Shown here: positions 28,994 through 39,690 of the stretch, piece after piece
How positions within the stretch are numbered: the stretch's first letter is position 1
Layout: the number at the start of each line of letters is the position of its first letter
Origin: Nitrosopumilus sp.
Lineage (GTDB): Archaea > Thermoproteota > Nitrososphaeria > Nitrososphaerales > Nitrosopumilaceae
Length of the DNA stretch: 64,000 nucleotides
Reading direction: 5' to 3'
NCBI GenBank assembly: GCA_965204345.1
Contig: OZ241981.1
Coordinates: 1,280,001 to 1,344,000 of the forward strand
The notes under the pieces: model-generated
What the model was told of the DNA's origin: nothing
Seen by the model: only the letters and a program-made list of their open reading frames with translations
The model's database searches: none
Position numbers and translations under genes: made by a program

Positions 28994-30390
28994 TTCTTCT
29001 TTTTAACTTTGGAAAATGCCGTGACAAATAATTCTATTCTTCCTTCTAACCCTTCTTTTGCATTAACTCCTGTAATGGAAATGATTTCCCCTAGTTGACA
29101 TTTGTCAATTATTCTTGCTTGATTTCTCCAACCCTTGACCCAAATTTGTCCTGTATCATCCTCAACAAACATTTCTGAAAGTGCTATTGATTCTCCTGCT
29201 TTTGTTTGAATTTCTCGTCTTTGAGGTAGTTTTAACACAATAGCTTCGATACAATAACTTGCATCTGCTTTAACCTCATTAATTTTTGTTCTAATTTGTG
29301 ATAATGAAGGAATTGATGTATCATTATCTAACTTTCTTACAAAAGAATTTTCATCTAATGTAATTGAATTTCCATAAACTTTTGATGGCATACACTCTAT
29401 TACATCTCCCTCTCCACAGATGCTAGTTGAGTTTGATAAATCACTAATATTGAATAAATTCCTTTTATCATCAACAGCTAAAATCATATTTTTCCCATTT
29501 TCTGTTGTTGATATTGAAAGAACTCTGGTGATTACCGGTTCTGTTTCCTTGCCACCCTCAATTTCAATAATTGTTGCATCATTTCCATGAATTTCCAATC
29601 CCTGATTTCCGGATTTTACTCTAACACCTAGTAATCTCACTTTGGCTGATTTTGAAATCATATTTGGAATAGCAGATTCATCCTTACCCCATAACACTAC
29701 TCTCATACCACTTCCATCCTTGCCTTTTAATCTCATCCTCAATGCTTTTCCAGGCATACCGCGAGAGTTAGTAAACTCCATACCACTTATCATGCCGTCA
29801 ATTGTGCCTGAAATGACTAAATCTTTTTGTCCTTCTTGGGACTCACTTACATCTTTTGTAATTGTATCGATGGTTGGAATCTCACTTTTAGTATCTGTAC
29901 TTTCTATGTTTGATCCAGAGCCAACATTAATTGTTGTTGAGCCATCAAGATCTGATTTAGTATAAGCTTTAATGATTTTGATTAAATCTCCCGGTTTTAG
30001 ATCTTCAATCCCTGGAAGATTTGCTTTTTCATCCCATAGTTTGACACTAGCTGTAGAATTTGTATCATCATATACGGTCATTGTTCTAAGATAAAATGGA
30101 GAGCCGTCTTTTCTAGTAAACTGCTTTGCAGGTGAAAGATTCAAAACTCTTGTTTCTAATGAAATTTCTTTTGCCCCTGCATATAGTTCCTTTAAGCTAA
30201 CCTCAGTTTTTAGTGGTTCAGATAATGCAACTCCGTAATCAGAGGCAATCAAAAACAATGCGCCTTTATCCGTCAAGTATCCCGCACCAATCTTTTCTTT
30301 CTTTAGCTTAATCTGTTCTTCAATATCCTCTCTGGTTAGCTCTGGTTTTTGCTCAAGAAATATATCAATAAGATTTTCAAATTCTGACAT
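28990..30390 (-). CDS. Multi-OB-fold single-stranded DNA-binding protein (RPA-like)
   Basis: Repeated OB folds (FTRKDG...YDDT..VKLWD; EDDTGQIWVKGW). ATG at 30390 preferred over 30411 because a TATA-like TTTATTAAT lies about 25-30 nt upstream. Confidence 0.88.
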   Translation of the reverse strand: MSEFENLIDIFLEQKPELTREDIEEQIKLKKEKIGAGYLTDKGALFLIASDYGVALSEPLKTEVSLKELYAGAKEISLETRVLNLSPAKQFTRKDGSPFYLRTMTVYDDTNSTASVKLWDEKANLPGIEDLKPGDLIKIIKAYTKSDLDGSTTINVGSGSNIESTDTKSEIPTIDTITKDVSESQEGQKDLVISGTIDGMISGMEFTNSRGMPGKALRMRLKGKDGSGMRVVLWGKDESAIPNMISKSAKVRLLGVRVKSGNQGLEIHGNDATIIEIEGGKETEPVITRVLSISTTENGKNMILAVDDKRNLFNISDLSNSTSICGEGDVIECMPSKVYGNSITLDENSFVRKLDNDTSIPSLSQIRTKINEVKADASYCIEAIVLKLPQRREIQTKAGESIALSEMFVEDDTGQIWVKGWRNQARIIDKCQLGEIISITGVNAKEGLEGRIELFVTAFSKVKKKN

Positions 30391-30613
30391 TTCACTTTTT
30401 ACTAGATTCATTCTATTAATAAAAATTTCATTATTGGCGATCAGTTATCTTATCTTAAAATGATCGCTAAACTGTGTTTTTATTATATATTCAAAATACT
30501 AAGCCAATCTACAAAGAAATCTCTACATATTTTATCTAAATCATTTCAATTTTTCCAGAATTCATCATATTTTATCTCATTACCTAAATTAATAGGAAGA
30601 TCGCATCTTTATT

Positions 30614-31552
30614 ATGAATTGTATTGATGTCAACCATTTATCCAAATCATATGGCTCATTTAATGCTGTAGATGATCTCGTTTTATCAGTAAAATCAGGT
30701 CAGGTTTTTGGATTTTTAGGTCCTAACGGTGCTGGAAAATCAACTACCATCAAACTTCTCACCACGTTAATTCCTCCTTCTAGTGGTTCACTATCCATTT
30801 TAGGATTTGATGCTGTAGCAGATTCTCTTGAAATTCGTCACAGAATTGGTGTTGTTTTACAACAACCCAGCTATGAGCCTACACTATCAGTTGAAAAGTC
30901 TCTTGAGAAATATGGCATGATGTGGAATGTTCCAAAAATTGAACGCAAAAATAGAATGGAACAACTTTTAGAAGACTTTGATCTAGTTGAAATTCGTAAA
31001 AAGCGCAATGAAGATCTATCTGTTGGTCAAAGAAGAAGAGTACAGGTTGCACGTGAATTTATGCATGATATGGAGTTATTATTTTTAGACGAACCTACTG
31101 TCGGATTAGATCCAAATGCTCGAAGGAAATTATTAGATTATTTGAAAAATAAAGTCAAAACAGGCCTGACCATTTTTTATACCACTCATATCTTAACTGA
31201 AGCCGAATACCTGTGTGATCAAATAGCCATACTTGACAAAGGCAAAATTATTACCGTTGATTCCCCTGATGCATTAAAAAATAGGTTTGGAAAAGAAAAA
31301 ACTATCAAAATTCATTTACTAGAAAAAATACCTGAGATAAATTCCCTCTTGGCTGAAATTACAGATTGTAAAATTAATTTTGAAACCGGAACTAATATTA
31401 TAATTCATTCAGAGCAATCCGAATTGGCCTTGCTAAAAGTTTTAAAAATACTTAATGATAATAATATTGAAATACAAGATCTATCTGCCGTTCCGACAAA
31501 TCTTGAAGAAATCTTTTTGAATATGATAAGGGAAAATGCATCCGATAATTAG
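30614..31552 (+). CDS. ABC-2 type exporter ATP-binding subunit
   Basis: GPNGAGKS, LSVGQRRR, LFLDEPTVGLD, TTH. Confidence 0.93.
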   Translation: MNCIDVNHLSKSYGSFNAVDDLVLSVKSGQVFGFLGPNGAGKSTTIKLLTTLIPPSSGSLSILGFDAVADSLEIRHRIGVVLQQPSYEPTLSVEKSLEKYGMMWNVPKIERKNRMEQLLEDFDLVEIRKKRNEDLSVGQRRRVQVAREFMHDMELLFLDEPTVGLDPNARRKLLDYLKNKVKTGLTIFYTTHILTEAEYLCDQIAILDKGKIITVDSPDALKNRFGKEKTIKIHLLEKIPEINSLLAEITDCKINFETGTNIIIHSEQSELALLKVLKILNDNNIEIQDLSAVPTNLEEIFLNMIRENASDN

Positions 31553-32297
31553 ACTTGTAAATAGAAATCTTACAATTTCACTTAATCCTGGATTTTTAAT
31601 CTGGCAAATTATCTTTCCACTAATCTATATTTTTATTGCAGGCTTTGCATATGCACCATTAATCAATGATATTCCATTTGGTAACAAAGATCTTGATTAT
31701 CCTGCATTCTTAGCATCAGGAATGATTGGATTTAATATAATGAATAGTACGCTAATCTCTGGCATCATTATTTGGAATGATAGAAAACATGGAATGTTTG
31801 AGCAGATTATGTCAGGGCCATTTACTAGGAGTCACTATATTCTTAGTAACATTTGCACCATTGGCATTATTGGATTAATCAGTGCTACACTGATAGCCGT
31901 AGTTGGATATCCTGTATTCTTTGAATCTGTGGAATTTTCTCTTGTAACAATACCAGTTATTGCATTTGGAGCCATCACTGGTTCAGTATTGTTTGGCTCA
32001 TTGGCCTCAATTATTTCCACTAGGTTACATTCTAGTGAAGGCTTTAATGTGGTTATCAATACCGTTTTTCTTTTCTTTGCTTTTGTTAGTACTGCATTTT
32101 ATCCGGCTGATGGAGCGCCTGAACCATTAAGAACAGCCTTTTACCTTAATCCCCTAACATACCTTGCAGATGTAATTAGAGCAGGTATTTTTGGTACTAT
32201 TAACGACTTTGTAATTTTTGAAATGATTATTCTTGTCATTATAGCGTCATCATTATTTATTGTTGCTTCAAGACTACTTACAAAATTGGATTTTTAA
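31536..32297 (+). CDS. ABC-2 type exporter permease
   Basis: Six TM segments, DRKHG.FE, NPLTY..D.IR. Confidence 0.9.
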   Translation: MHPIIRLVNRNLTISLNPGFLIWQIIFPLIYIFIAGFAYAPLINDIPFGNKDLDYPAFLASGMIGFNIMNSTLISGIIIWNDRKHGMFEQIMSGPFTRSHYILSNICTIGIIGLISATLIAVVGYPVFFESVEFSLVTIPVIAFGAITGSVLFGSLASIISTRLHSSEGFNVVINTVFLFFAFVSTAFYPADGAPEPLRTAFYLNPLTYLADVIRAGIFGTINDFVIFEMIILVIIASSLFIVASRLLTKLDF

Positions 32298-32304
32298 TAA
32301 TTAA

Positions 32305-33042
32305 TCATTGCTTAACTTTTTCATATAATTTATTAATTTTTTTAATCATGTCCAAATTTTCATATTCTATTAAATTCAAATTTGGAATTACACAATGTCC
32401 TCCAATTACACCCGGATACATTTTTGGCCTATTTCCTAGATTTTCATGGATCTCATCGGCAAACTTCCACATTTCATCAAAGTCAACCCCCTCTTCTTCA
32501 CAAATCATTTTTGTAATTTGAGCATAGCTGATCAACCATCCATAGTATGTTGTGTCAACCAAAATTTTTGCCAATTCTGCAGTTTTTGTTGTAGACATCC
32601 AATCAACTTTTTCAAATCTTTTTTCTACGTCTATTTTTATTTCAGAATTTATCTCCTTTTGATCAGATGAAATAAATTTTGTATATCTTTTAACGTCATC
32701 TAGAAATCTCTTGTGCACTCCCCTTATCGGCGAAAATAAAATAGGAATTTCTGATTTTTCTTGAATTTTTTTTGTTGTACCAGGTTTTACCGTAGAGTGT
32801 ATCAAAACAGCTTTTAATCCTACAATATCATTAATCCAATTCATTACCGTATCTACAAATTTAGGCAGTTCTCCTGGCAGGCAAATATGTAAAAATTCCG
32901 GATTTTTAATATCATCTTTTCTAGCATAATTCTTACATTTTGAACTATCCAAATCAATTCCAATGCAATCGTAATTTCTTTCTTCAAGCAGATCAAATAA
33001 TGTTTCCCCCACTTCTCCCATTCCCAAGATAATATCTGCCAT
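32305..33042 (-). CDS. Short UDP-glucose/GDP-mannose dehydrogenase-family protein lacking the C-terminal domain
   Basis: Start re-assigned to ATG 33042 (track start lies inside tRNA-Gln); ILGMGEVG, HSTVKPGTT, AELAK, GGHC. Confidence 0.8.
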   Translation of the reverse strand: MADIILGMGEVGETLFDLLEERNYDCIGIDLDSSKCKNYARKDDIKNPEFLHICLPGELPKFVDTVMNWINDIVGLKAVLIHSTVKPGTTKKIQEKSEIPILFSPIRGVHKRFLDDVKRYTKFISSDQKEINSEIKIDVEKRFEKVDWMSTTKTAELAKILVDTTYYGWLISYAQITKMICEEEGVDFDEMWKFADEIHENLGNRPKMYPGVIGGHCVIPNLNLIEYENLDMIKKINKLYEKVKQ

Positions 33043-33111
33043 TATGCCTAATTTCAGAAAAACTATCCATGTTATATTCGTGTTACCGATTTTGTTTGTT
33101 TTGAAATAAAG

Positions 33112-33184
33112 TAGCCCGGCCCAGACTCGAACTGGGGTCAAAGGCTTCAAAGGCCTCTATGCTTGACCGCTACACTACCGGGCT
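33112..33184 (-). tRNA. tRNA-Gln(UUG)
   Basis: Minus strand AGCCCGG...GAGGC-CTTTGAA-GCCTT...GTTCGAGT...CCGGGCT-A; A1:U72 pair typical of archaeal tRNA-Gln. Confidence 0.95.
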
Positions 33185-33253
33185 GCTAAATCGAGGACTC
33201 TCATTCCCTTAATGAACTTTTTAGTTAAACCTGATTCTTAAAACCGTAATTAA

Positions 33254-34282
33254 CTATTCCTTAATTACTGTGATCAATTTTTGAATAGGATCTTCCATAT
33301 CCTCTCTAATTTTTTTAGCTCTTTTTTGATTTTCATTATTTGGTGATTCAAAAACCTTCTTGATATAATTAGAAATTTTATCTGCATCTGATATTCTTTT
33401 TATCAAACGCTTTTTTACCAAAAAATTTTCAATTATATTTGGTACCGCATTGTATGATATTGTTGGAACTCCCATCAGTGCTGATTCTGCAGTCATTGTA
33501 CCGCCGGATCCTATGAATGCATCTGTATTACTTAACAAATGTTTTCCATCAAATGACATCTTCAAAATTTTCACTTTTTTACCAATTACCTTTTGCAGAT
33601 TTTTGATTTGTTTATCATATCTTCCTAACACTATGATATTTTCATTTTCATACTGATTTGCAACTTTTTTAATTATTGGAATAGTCTTATTTGATTTTGA
33701 TATATATGCTGCGTCTTCCTCCTCCACTCGAATCAAAATATTTTTTTTATTATTGTTGTCAAACGGCAATCTCGCTTTTTGATCAATTTTCCTTTGTACA
33801 GTAACAGCTGCATCAATTGCCCTGTATTGAATAATGTTTTTTTTATCAATTCCATACTTGGAAAATTCATTTTTAGGTATAGCATATGGAATTAATAATT
33901 TTTGAATTAAAGGTATTGTTAACCGCATAGCTGCATTATGATGTGGGGAATCACAAAATGCTATATGCCTTATTCCTAATCCAAACGAAATTCTTGCCGC
34001 TTCTGGTGAACAGAAACTGATAGTAATATCTGGAGAAAATGCTTCGATTTTTTTTGATAGTTTTTCTATCCGACTTATGCTAGCATTTAGCTTGGCTTTC
34101 TTCTCCCCTCCCCCATGTTTTCCAACAAAAATGAGGTCAAAATGACGTATTTTTGCTATTTTTACAACTTCTCCATAATCCCTTGAAGTACACAAAATAT
34201 CGTGTTTTTTACCTAATTTTGCAATTATTGGTTCGGAAAACAATAATTGTTTTGGTGTAAGAATATCCATCCATATTTTCAA
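33254..34282 (-). CDS. DUF354-family GT-B fold protein
   Basis: MKIWMDILTPKQ, VGKHGG, SPEAARISFGLG, GSGGTMTAESALMGVPTIS. Confidence 0.8.
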   Translation of the reverse strand: MKIWMDILTPKQLLFSEPIIAKLGKKHDILCTSRDYGEVVKIAKIRHFDLIFVGKHGGGEKKAKLNASISRIEKLSKKIEAFSPDITISFCSPEAARISFGLGIRHIAFCDSPHHNAAMRLTIPLIQKLLIPYAIPKNEFSKYGIDKKNIIQYRAIDAAVTVQRKIDQKARLPFDNNNKKNILIRVEEEDAAYISKSNKTIPIIKKVANQYENENIIVLGRYDKQIKNLQKVIGKKVKILKMSFDGKHLLSNTDAFIGSGGTMTAESALMGVPTISYNAVPNIIENFLVKKRLIKRISDADKISNYIKKVFESPNNENQKRAKKIREDMEDPIQKLITVIKE

Positions 34283-34343
34283 GTAATTTTCTAATTATGG
34301 CAAGTCCAATAAGTTTTTCTTAGTCTATTCAGCTGTAAATGTA

Positions 34344-35483
34344 ATGGGGGGAGCAAAAGTTGTTGTTTATGGTCTTAGTACAGAAGGATATGCTATTGCA
34401 TCTCAAATGGCAATCAAGGGTGCTGATGTTTACATTATAGACGAATCTACCCCATCTGCAATATCCCTCAAGGCAGAAATCGCCAAAACTTATCCAAATG
34501 TATCTTCTCTAAAAGAGGATGAACCACTTTTAGCTATGGAACCTATTGATGTAGCTATTTCCAAAGCACAATATCTCTTCTTTACTCCTAGAATTAGAAA
34601 AACAGGGCAAGACATCAAAACTGAAATTCACTCTAAATTTAAGGATGCAGTAGCATCTATGAAAAAAAACAGTTCTGTCATCTTTACACTCCCGACTGGT
34701 TTTGGAGGCAACAACGAAAATATTTCATTGTTAGAGCATGTAACCGGTCTTCAAACTGGAAAGCATATCTCATATTTTTATTATCCCTTGGAAGACCTTA
34801 ATGAACAGCCAAAAATCATTGGCTCATTTAACGGAAAAGAAGATCCTACATTATCTGAGTTGCTTACAATAGGCAAAAAAGATAAAAAATTCGTGGCCAT
34901 TTCCTCATCTGAACACTTTCATGCAATTGATATGCTGTCTAGATTCTCTAGTTTGTGTAGCATTTTAGAAGTCTGTAAATATGCTCAAGATGAAGTTACT
35001 AAAAATGATCTTTCTTCAGATGATTTTCAAGAAATATTCCTTAATGATATGGTTAATGGATTGTTTGATTTAAAGTCATTAGGATCGTCTTTTGAAGGTG
35101 CAAACACCCTGATGTATCTGATTAATGGAAGTGTTAAGGGAATTGATGGATACATCAAACGATTAATCGATGAAATTCGTTCAACACTAAAGAAAAATGA
35201 TCTCAAAGCAAGTAGAACCAAGATTGCACTATCTTGGACACTTGATCAGCATGCAATGCGTGGAGATAAAATCGAAATGCTTCAAAACTTGACGTCAAAA
35301 TTACGTGATTATATCGGTGATGTTGAAGCTTATGAAGATCCAAACTTTGATTTATTCCATAGTGATAAAACCACTATTGTTGTAGCATGTTCCAAATCTG
35401 ATTTTGACAACATTAAAAAAACTAAACAAGATTCTGAATTAATAATTGTTAAGGCTAATCCTTTATGTGAAACAATTCAATAA
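34344..35483 (+). CDS. Degenerate nucleotide-sugar dehydrogenase-like protein (probable pseudoenzyme)
   Basis: VVVYGLSTEGY degenerate Rossmann motif, DEP, EAYEDP; overall UDPG/MGDP dehydrogenase layout but no GGHC/GGPC motif. Confidence 0.55.
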   Translation: MGGAKVVVYGLSTEGYAIASQMAIKGADVYIIDESTPSAISLKAEIAKTYPNVSSLKEDEPLLAMEPIDVAISKAQYLFFTPRIRKTGQDIKTEIHSKFKDAVASMKKNSSVIFTLPTGFGGNNENISLLEHVTGLQTGKHISYFYYPLEDLNEQPKIIGSFNGKEDPTLSELLTIGKKDKKFVAISSSEHFHAIDMLSRFSSLCSILEVCKYAQDEVTKNDLSSDDFQEIFLNDMVNGLFDLKSLGSSFEGANTLMYLINGSVKGIDGYIKRLIDEIRSTLKKNDLKASRTKIALSWTLDQHAMRGDKIEMLQNLTSKLRDYIGDVEAYEDPNFDLFHSDKTTIVVACSKSDFDNIKKTKQDSELIIVKANPLCETIQ

Positions 35484-35509
35484 TACTATAAATTAGCTAG
35501 CTTGCTATT

Positions 35510-36085
35510 TTGGTTAAATTGTCAGATGAAACTAATTCCGACGAAATTCCAGTTAATGTGGTGTCTGAAAATGAATCAAACGTTGATTCTTCCGTGGAGG
35601 ACTCACAACTTTCACAAACTAATAATGAAGAAGATTTATCAAAATTATTAGATTTAGAAAAACAAAAATCCTTTGAACACGAAGAAAAATTAAAACTTGT
35701 ATTAGCAGATTTTCAAAATCTTACAAGAAAAACCCAAACTGACATAGAAAATGGCGTTAATACAAAAATCAATGAGTTTGCATTGGATTTTCTAAAAATT
35801 TATGATGACTTTATTAGAGCAAAAGAAGTTTTTTCTGAAAATAAAATTGACACTGCCGGTTTAGATTCAATTTTAAAAAACATGGATTCTTTACTCAAGA
35901 AATATCATATTGAGCCTATTGATGCTTTAGGAGAAATTTTTGATCCAAATTTCCATGAGGCTATATCAATAATCAATGATCCTGAATTAGATGATGATAC
36001 TATAACTAAAGAGATCAGAAAGGGATATATTTCTCATAAGTCGGTTATAAGACCTACACTAGTAGAAATTTCAAAAAAAGGATGA
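35510..36085 (+). CDS. grpE: Nucleotide exchange factor GrpE
   Basis: LADFQN, FDPNFHEA, RKGY....VIRP.LV; operon with dnaK-dnaJ. Confidence 0.95.
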   Translation: MVKLSDETNSDEIPVNVVSENESNVDSSVEDSQLSQTNNEEDLSKLLDLEKQKSFEHEEKLKLVLADFQNLTRKTQTDIENGVNTKINEFALDFLKIYDDFIRAKEVFSENKIDTAGLDSILKNMDSLLKKYHIEPIDALGEIFDPNFHEAISIINDPELDDDTITKEIRKGYISHKSVIRPTLVEISKKG

Positions 36086-36097
36086 TGATAATAAAAT

Positions 36098-38023
36098 ATG
36101 ACTAAAGTTATTGGGATTGATTTAGGAACAAGTAACTCTGCTGCGGCAGTTGTTATGGGTGGAAAACCAACCATTATTCCTGCAGCTGAAGGTGCCACTG
36201 TAGGCGGGAAAGCGTTTCCGTCAGTTGTCGCATTTTCTAAAGATGGTGATTTACTAGTAGGCGAGCCTGCTAGAAGACAGGCCGTTACAAATCCTGATAA
36301 TACAATTGTTGCTGCAAAACGAAAAATGGGCTCTGATCACACTTTTAAAATCTTAGATAAAGAATACAAACCTCAACAGATTTCTGCGTTCATTCTGCAA
36401 AAAATCAAAAAAGATGCAGAAGCATTTGTTGGAGAAACTGTTGAAAAAGCAGTAATTACTGTCCCTGCATATTTTGATGATAATCAACGTCAAGCAACTA
36501 AAGATGCTGGAACAATTGCTGGACTGGATGTTGTTAGAATTATCAATGAACCCACTGCAGCATCTTTAGCATTTGGTTTAGATAAAGCAAAACAAGACAT
36601 GAAAATTCTTGTATTTGATTTTGGTGGCGGTACTTTAGATGTCACCATAATGGAAATGGGTGGAGGCGTTTTTGAAGTTCTTAGTACATCTGGTGACACT
36701 CAATTGGGTGGTACTGATATGGATAAAGTTTTGATTGATTATGTTATCGACGAATTTAAGAAAAAAGAAGGCATTGATCTTTCACAAGATTCCACTGCAA
36801 TGACTAGAATTAGAGAGGCATCAGAGAAAGCAAAGATTGAATTATCCACTGTTATGGAGACCGATGTTAATTTACCCTTTATTGCACACGATGCATCATC
36901 TGGTGCTAAAAATCTCGAATTAAGAATTACTAGAGCCAAATTAGATGAGTTGATTGGTCCTATTGTAGATCGATGCAAACCTTCAGTACTTAAAGCACTA
37001 GAAGATGCAAAACTCTCCAATTCCGGTATCAATAAAATTGTGATGGTGGGTGGACCAACTCGAATCCCACTAGTCAAAAAATTTGTCAGTGAATTAATTG
37101 GTCAAGAATCTGAATCTGGAGTAGATCCTATGGAAGCTGTAGCAATGGGGGCTGCAATTCAGGCGGGAATTATTGCTGGTGATGTTAGTAGTGATATTGT
37201 CTTACTAGATGTAACTCCATTAACTTTAGGTATCGAGACTTTAGGTGGTGTTAGAGAACCATTAATTGAAAGAAATACAACAATTCCAACTTCAAAAGGC
37301 AAAGTCTTTACAACTGCTGCTGATAATCAAACAGCAGTAACTATTCATGTTGTTCAGGGAGAAAGACCAATGGCAACTGATAATGTATCATTAGGAAGTT
37401 TTAATCTCACTGATTTACCACCAGCTCCAAGAGGCGTTCCTCAAATTGAAGTAAAATTTGAGATTGACGCTAACGGAATAATCAATGTTACAGCAAAAGA
37501 TCTTGGAACACAAAAAGAAGCAAGAATTACTATTGAATCTAACTCCAAATTATCCCCAGAAGAAATTGAAAAACTAAAAGAAGATGCAGAAAAATTCTCT
37601 GATGAAGACAAAAAGAAAAAAGAAAAAATTGATTTGAAGAATGACGCAGAAAGTTATATCTATACCACAGAAAAATTAATCAATCATGATCTTAAAGATA
37701 AAATTTCACAAGAACAAGGAATCAAAATTACTGATGCCGTAAAAGAAGTCAAAGAAGTACTAGACAAAGAAGCTGATGAATTAAAACCCAAACTTGAAGC
37801 ATTACAAACTTTAGTTAATGAAGTTACCACCGAACTTTACAAAAATGCATCACCACCTGGTACCGAAGGACAATCTGGTACCGAAGGACAATCTGGTACC
37901 GAAGGACAATCTGGTACCGAAGGACAATCTGGTACCGAAGGACAATCTGGTACCGAAGGACAATCTGGTACCGAAGGACAATCTGATGGTTCATCTTCAA
38001 CTAATGAAACAAAAACTAACTAG
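36098..38023 (+). CDS. dnaK: Chaperone DnaK (Hsp70)
   Basis: [41 protein letters not shown]. Confidence 0.98.
   Translation: MTKVIGIDLGTSNSAAAVVMGGKPTIIPAAEGATVGGKAFPSVVAFSKDGDLLVGEPARRQAVTNPDNTIVAAKRKMGSDHTFKILDKEYKPQQISAFILQKIKKDAEAFVGETVEKAVITVPAYFDDNQRQATKDAGTIAGLDVVRIINEPTAASLAFGLDKAKQDMKILVFDFGGGTLDVTIMEMGGGVFEVLSTSGDTQLGGTDMDKVLIDYVIDEFKKKEGIDLSQDSTAMTRIREASEKAKIELSTVMETDVNLPFIAHDASSGAKNLELRITRAKLDELIGPIVDRCKPSVLKALEDAKLSNSGINKIVMVGGPTRIPLVKKFVSELIGQESESGVDPMEAVAMGAAIQAGIIAGDVSSDIVLLDVTPLTLGIETLGGVREPLIERNTTIPTSKGKVFTTAADNQTAVTIHVVQGERPMATDNVSLGSFNLTDLPPAPRGVPQIEVKFEIDANGIINVTAKDLGTQKEARITIESNSKLSPEEIEKLKEDAEKFSDEDKKKKEKIDLKNDAESYIYTTEKLINHDLKDKISQEQGIKITDAVKEVKEVLDKEADELKPKLEALQTLVNEVTTELYKNASPPGTEGQSGTEGQSGTEGQSGTEGQSGTEGQSGTEGQSGTEGQSDGSSSTNETKTN
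37859..37984 (+). repeat. Perfect tandem repeat 7 x GGTACCGAAGGACAATCT encoding (GTEGQS)7
   Basis: Seven identical 18-bp units in the dnaK 3' end. Confidence 0.97.
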
Positions 38024-38071
38024 ATTTACGATTTAATCATTTATACTGTAATTATGATTAAGGTATGATTC

Positions 38072-39142
38072 ATGGCTGCAAAACGTGACTATTATGAAGT
38101 ATTAGGCGTTAGTAAATCATCATCTTCTGATGAAATTAAACAGCAATACAGAAAGTTAGCCTTAAAATTCCACCCTGATCGTAACAAATCTTCAGAAGCA
38201 GCAGAGCATTTTAAAGAAATTTCTGAAGCTTATGCAGTAATTTCAGATCCTGAGAAAAAACAGGTCTATGATCAACACGGCCATGCTGGTGTTGATGGTA
38301 GATATTCAAGTGATGATATTTTTCAGGGAGCCCAGGGAGGAGGTTTTGATTCTATTTTTGAATCCATATTTGGTCGTGGAGGCGGAGGAGCAGGATTCGG
38401 ATTTAGTCAGCAGCAACAACATCGTGGTTCTGATCTTCTCTATCAAACTTCAATTACTTTGGAAGAAGTTTTACACGGAAAAAAAATGGAAATTAATTTA
38501 CAGAAACAAATTCAATGTAATGTTTGTGATGGATCTGGTGCCAAACCTGGAACAAATAAGAAAACATGTGGGGCATGTAACGGACAAGGACAGGTTCGAC
38601 AAACACGCAATATGGGATTTGCATCATTTGTAACTGCTGCGCCATGCTCCCCTTGTAGAGGACAAGGATCTATAATTGAAACCCCTTGTGATGAATGCCG
38701 AGGCCAAGGAAAGAAGAAAGGTTCCAAAACTGTAACGTTTGATATTCCTCCTGGTATTGATTCGGGTGATTACACCGTACCTGACGAAGGAGATGAGATT
38801 CCTGATGGCATTAATGGCGATTTGATTGTACGAGTCAGAGTGCAACCTCACTCAAAATTTAACAGAGATGGAAAAGATATTTTTTATGATCAAGATGTTT
38901 CTATGATTGATGCGGCATTAGGTTGTGAAATAGTTGTACCAACACTTGAGGGTACAGAAAAAATTAAAATTGATTCTGGAAGTCAACCAAATACTATAAT
39001 CAAATTAAAAGGAAAGGGCGTCACGCATATCAATTCTAGAGGAAAGGGCGATCAATTTGTTAGAATTGTGGTAAACGTTCCTAAAAAACTCAACAAACAT
39101 CAAAAAAATATCTTAGCTGAATTCAAAAAATCTATTGACTGA
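38072..39142 (+). CDS. dnaJ: Chaperone DnaJ
   Basis: J domain with HPD, G/F region, four CxxCxGxG repeats. Confidence 0.97.
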   Translation: MAAKRDYYEVLGVSKSSSSDEIKQQYRKLALKFHPDRNKSSEAAEHFKEISEAYAVISDPEKKQVYDQHGHAGVDGRYSSDDIFQGAQGGGFDSIFESIFGRGGGGAGFGFSQQQQHRGSDLLYQTSITLEEVLHGKKMEINLQKQIQCNVCDGSGAKPGTNKKTCGACNGQGQVRQTRNMGFASFVTAAPCSPCRGQGSIIETPCDECRGQGKKKGSKTVTFDIPPGIDSGDYTVPDEGDEIPDGINGDLIVRVRVQPHSKFNRDGKDIFYDQDVSMIDAALGCEIVVPTLEGTEKIKIDSGSQPNTIIKLKGKGVTHINSRGKGDQFVRIVVNVPKKLNKHQKNILAEFKKSID

Positions 39143-39150
39143 TTGATAAA

Positions 39151-39690
39151 ATGAAGATTGCATTAGATGTAGATGGTGTACTTGCCGATGTCATAGTATC
39201 TTGGTTAAGTTATAGTAATTCTATTAGACCCAAGATTTCCAAACATGAAATAACTGATTGGGAATTCTGGAAAAAATTTGAAATAAATCCGTTTGATTTT
39301 TATGCCGAACTTAGCTCATGTTGGAAAAATTGGAATATGATACCGCCTACTGAAAATAATTTGGCATCTACAACAAGATCCCTTTCTAATCTTGGTCAGG
39401 TAGATATTGTTACGGCAAGAGAAAAATCAACTGATTTCTTTGTAAAATCTTGGTTAACTCATCATGACATCATGTATGATGATTATGTATCAGTAATTGA
39501 CGGACCCATGAAGGCTGACTTGGACTATGATGTATTTATTGACGATTCTCCTCTTAATGCAGAAAAATTCCTGAAAAATAACAAAAAAGTAATCTTGTAT
39601 TCCCAGCCTTGGAACAAACATATTTCTAAAAATAACATTTACAGAATTTCTAATCTTTCTCAAGCAGTTGATAAAATAAAATCTACCTAA
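39151..39690 (+). CDS. HAD-family 5'(3')-nucleotidase-like phosphatase
   Basis: DVDGVLAD, IVTAR, FIDDSP, QPWN. Confidence 0.85.
   Translation: MKIALDVDGVLADVIVSWLSYSNSIRPKISKHEITDWEFWKKFEINPFDFYAELSSCWKNWNMIPPTENNLASTTRSLSNLGQVDIVTAREKSTDFFVKSWLTHHDIMYDDYVSVIDGPMKADLDYDVFIDDSPLNAEKFLKNNKKVILYSQPWNKHISKNNIYRISNLSQAVDKIKST

Noticed and set aside
33043-33150. N-terminal extension of the dehydrogenase ORF in the track
   Set aside because: It runs through tRNA-Gln; the Rossmann motif starts right after ATG 33042.
37818-38036. ORF with (LVPKDN)n repeat; repeat considered as a possible CRISPR array
   Set aside because: It is an alternative frame of the 18-bp repeat inside dnaK; units are contiguous with no spacers and no cas genes are present.
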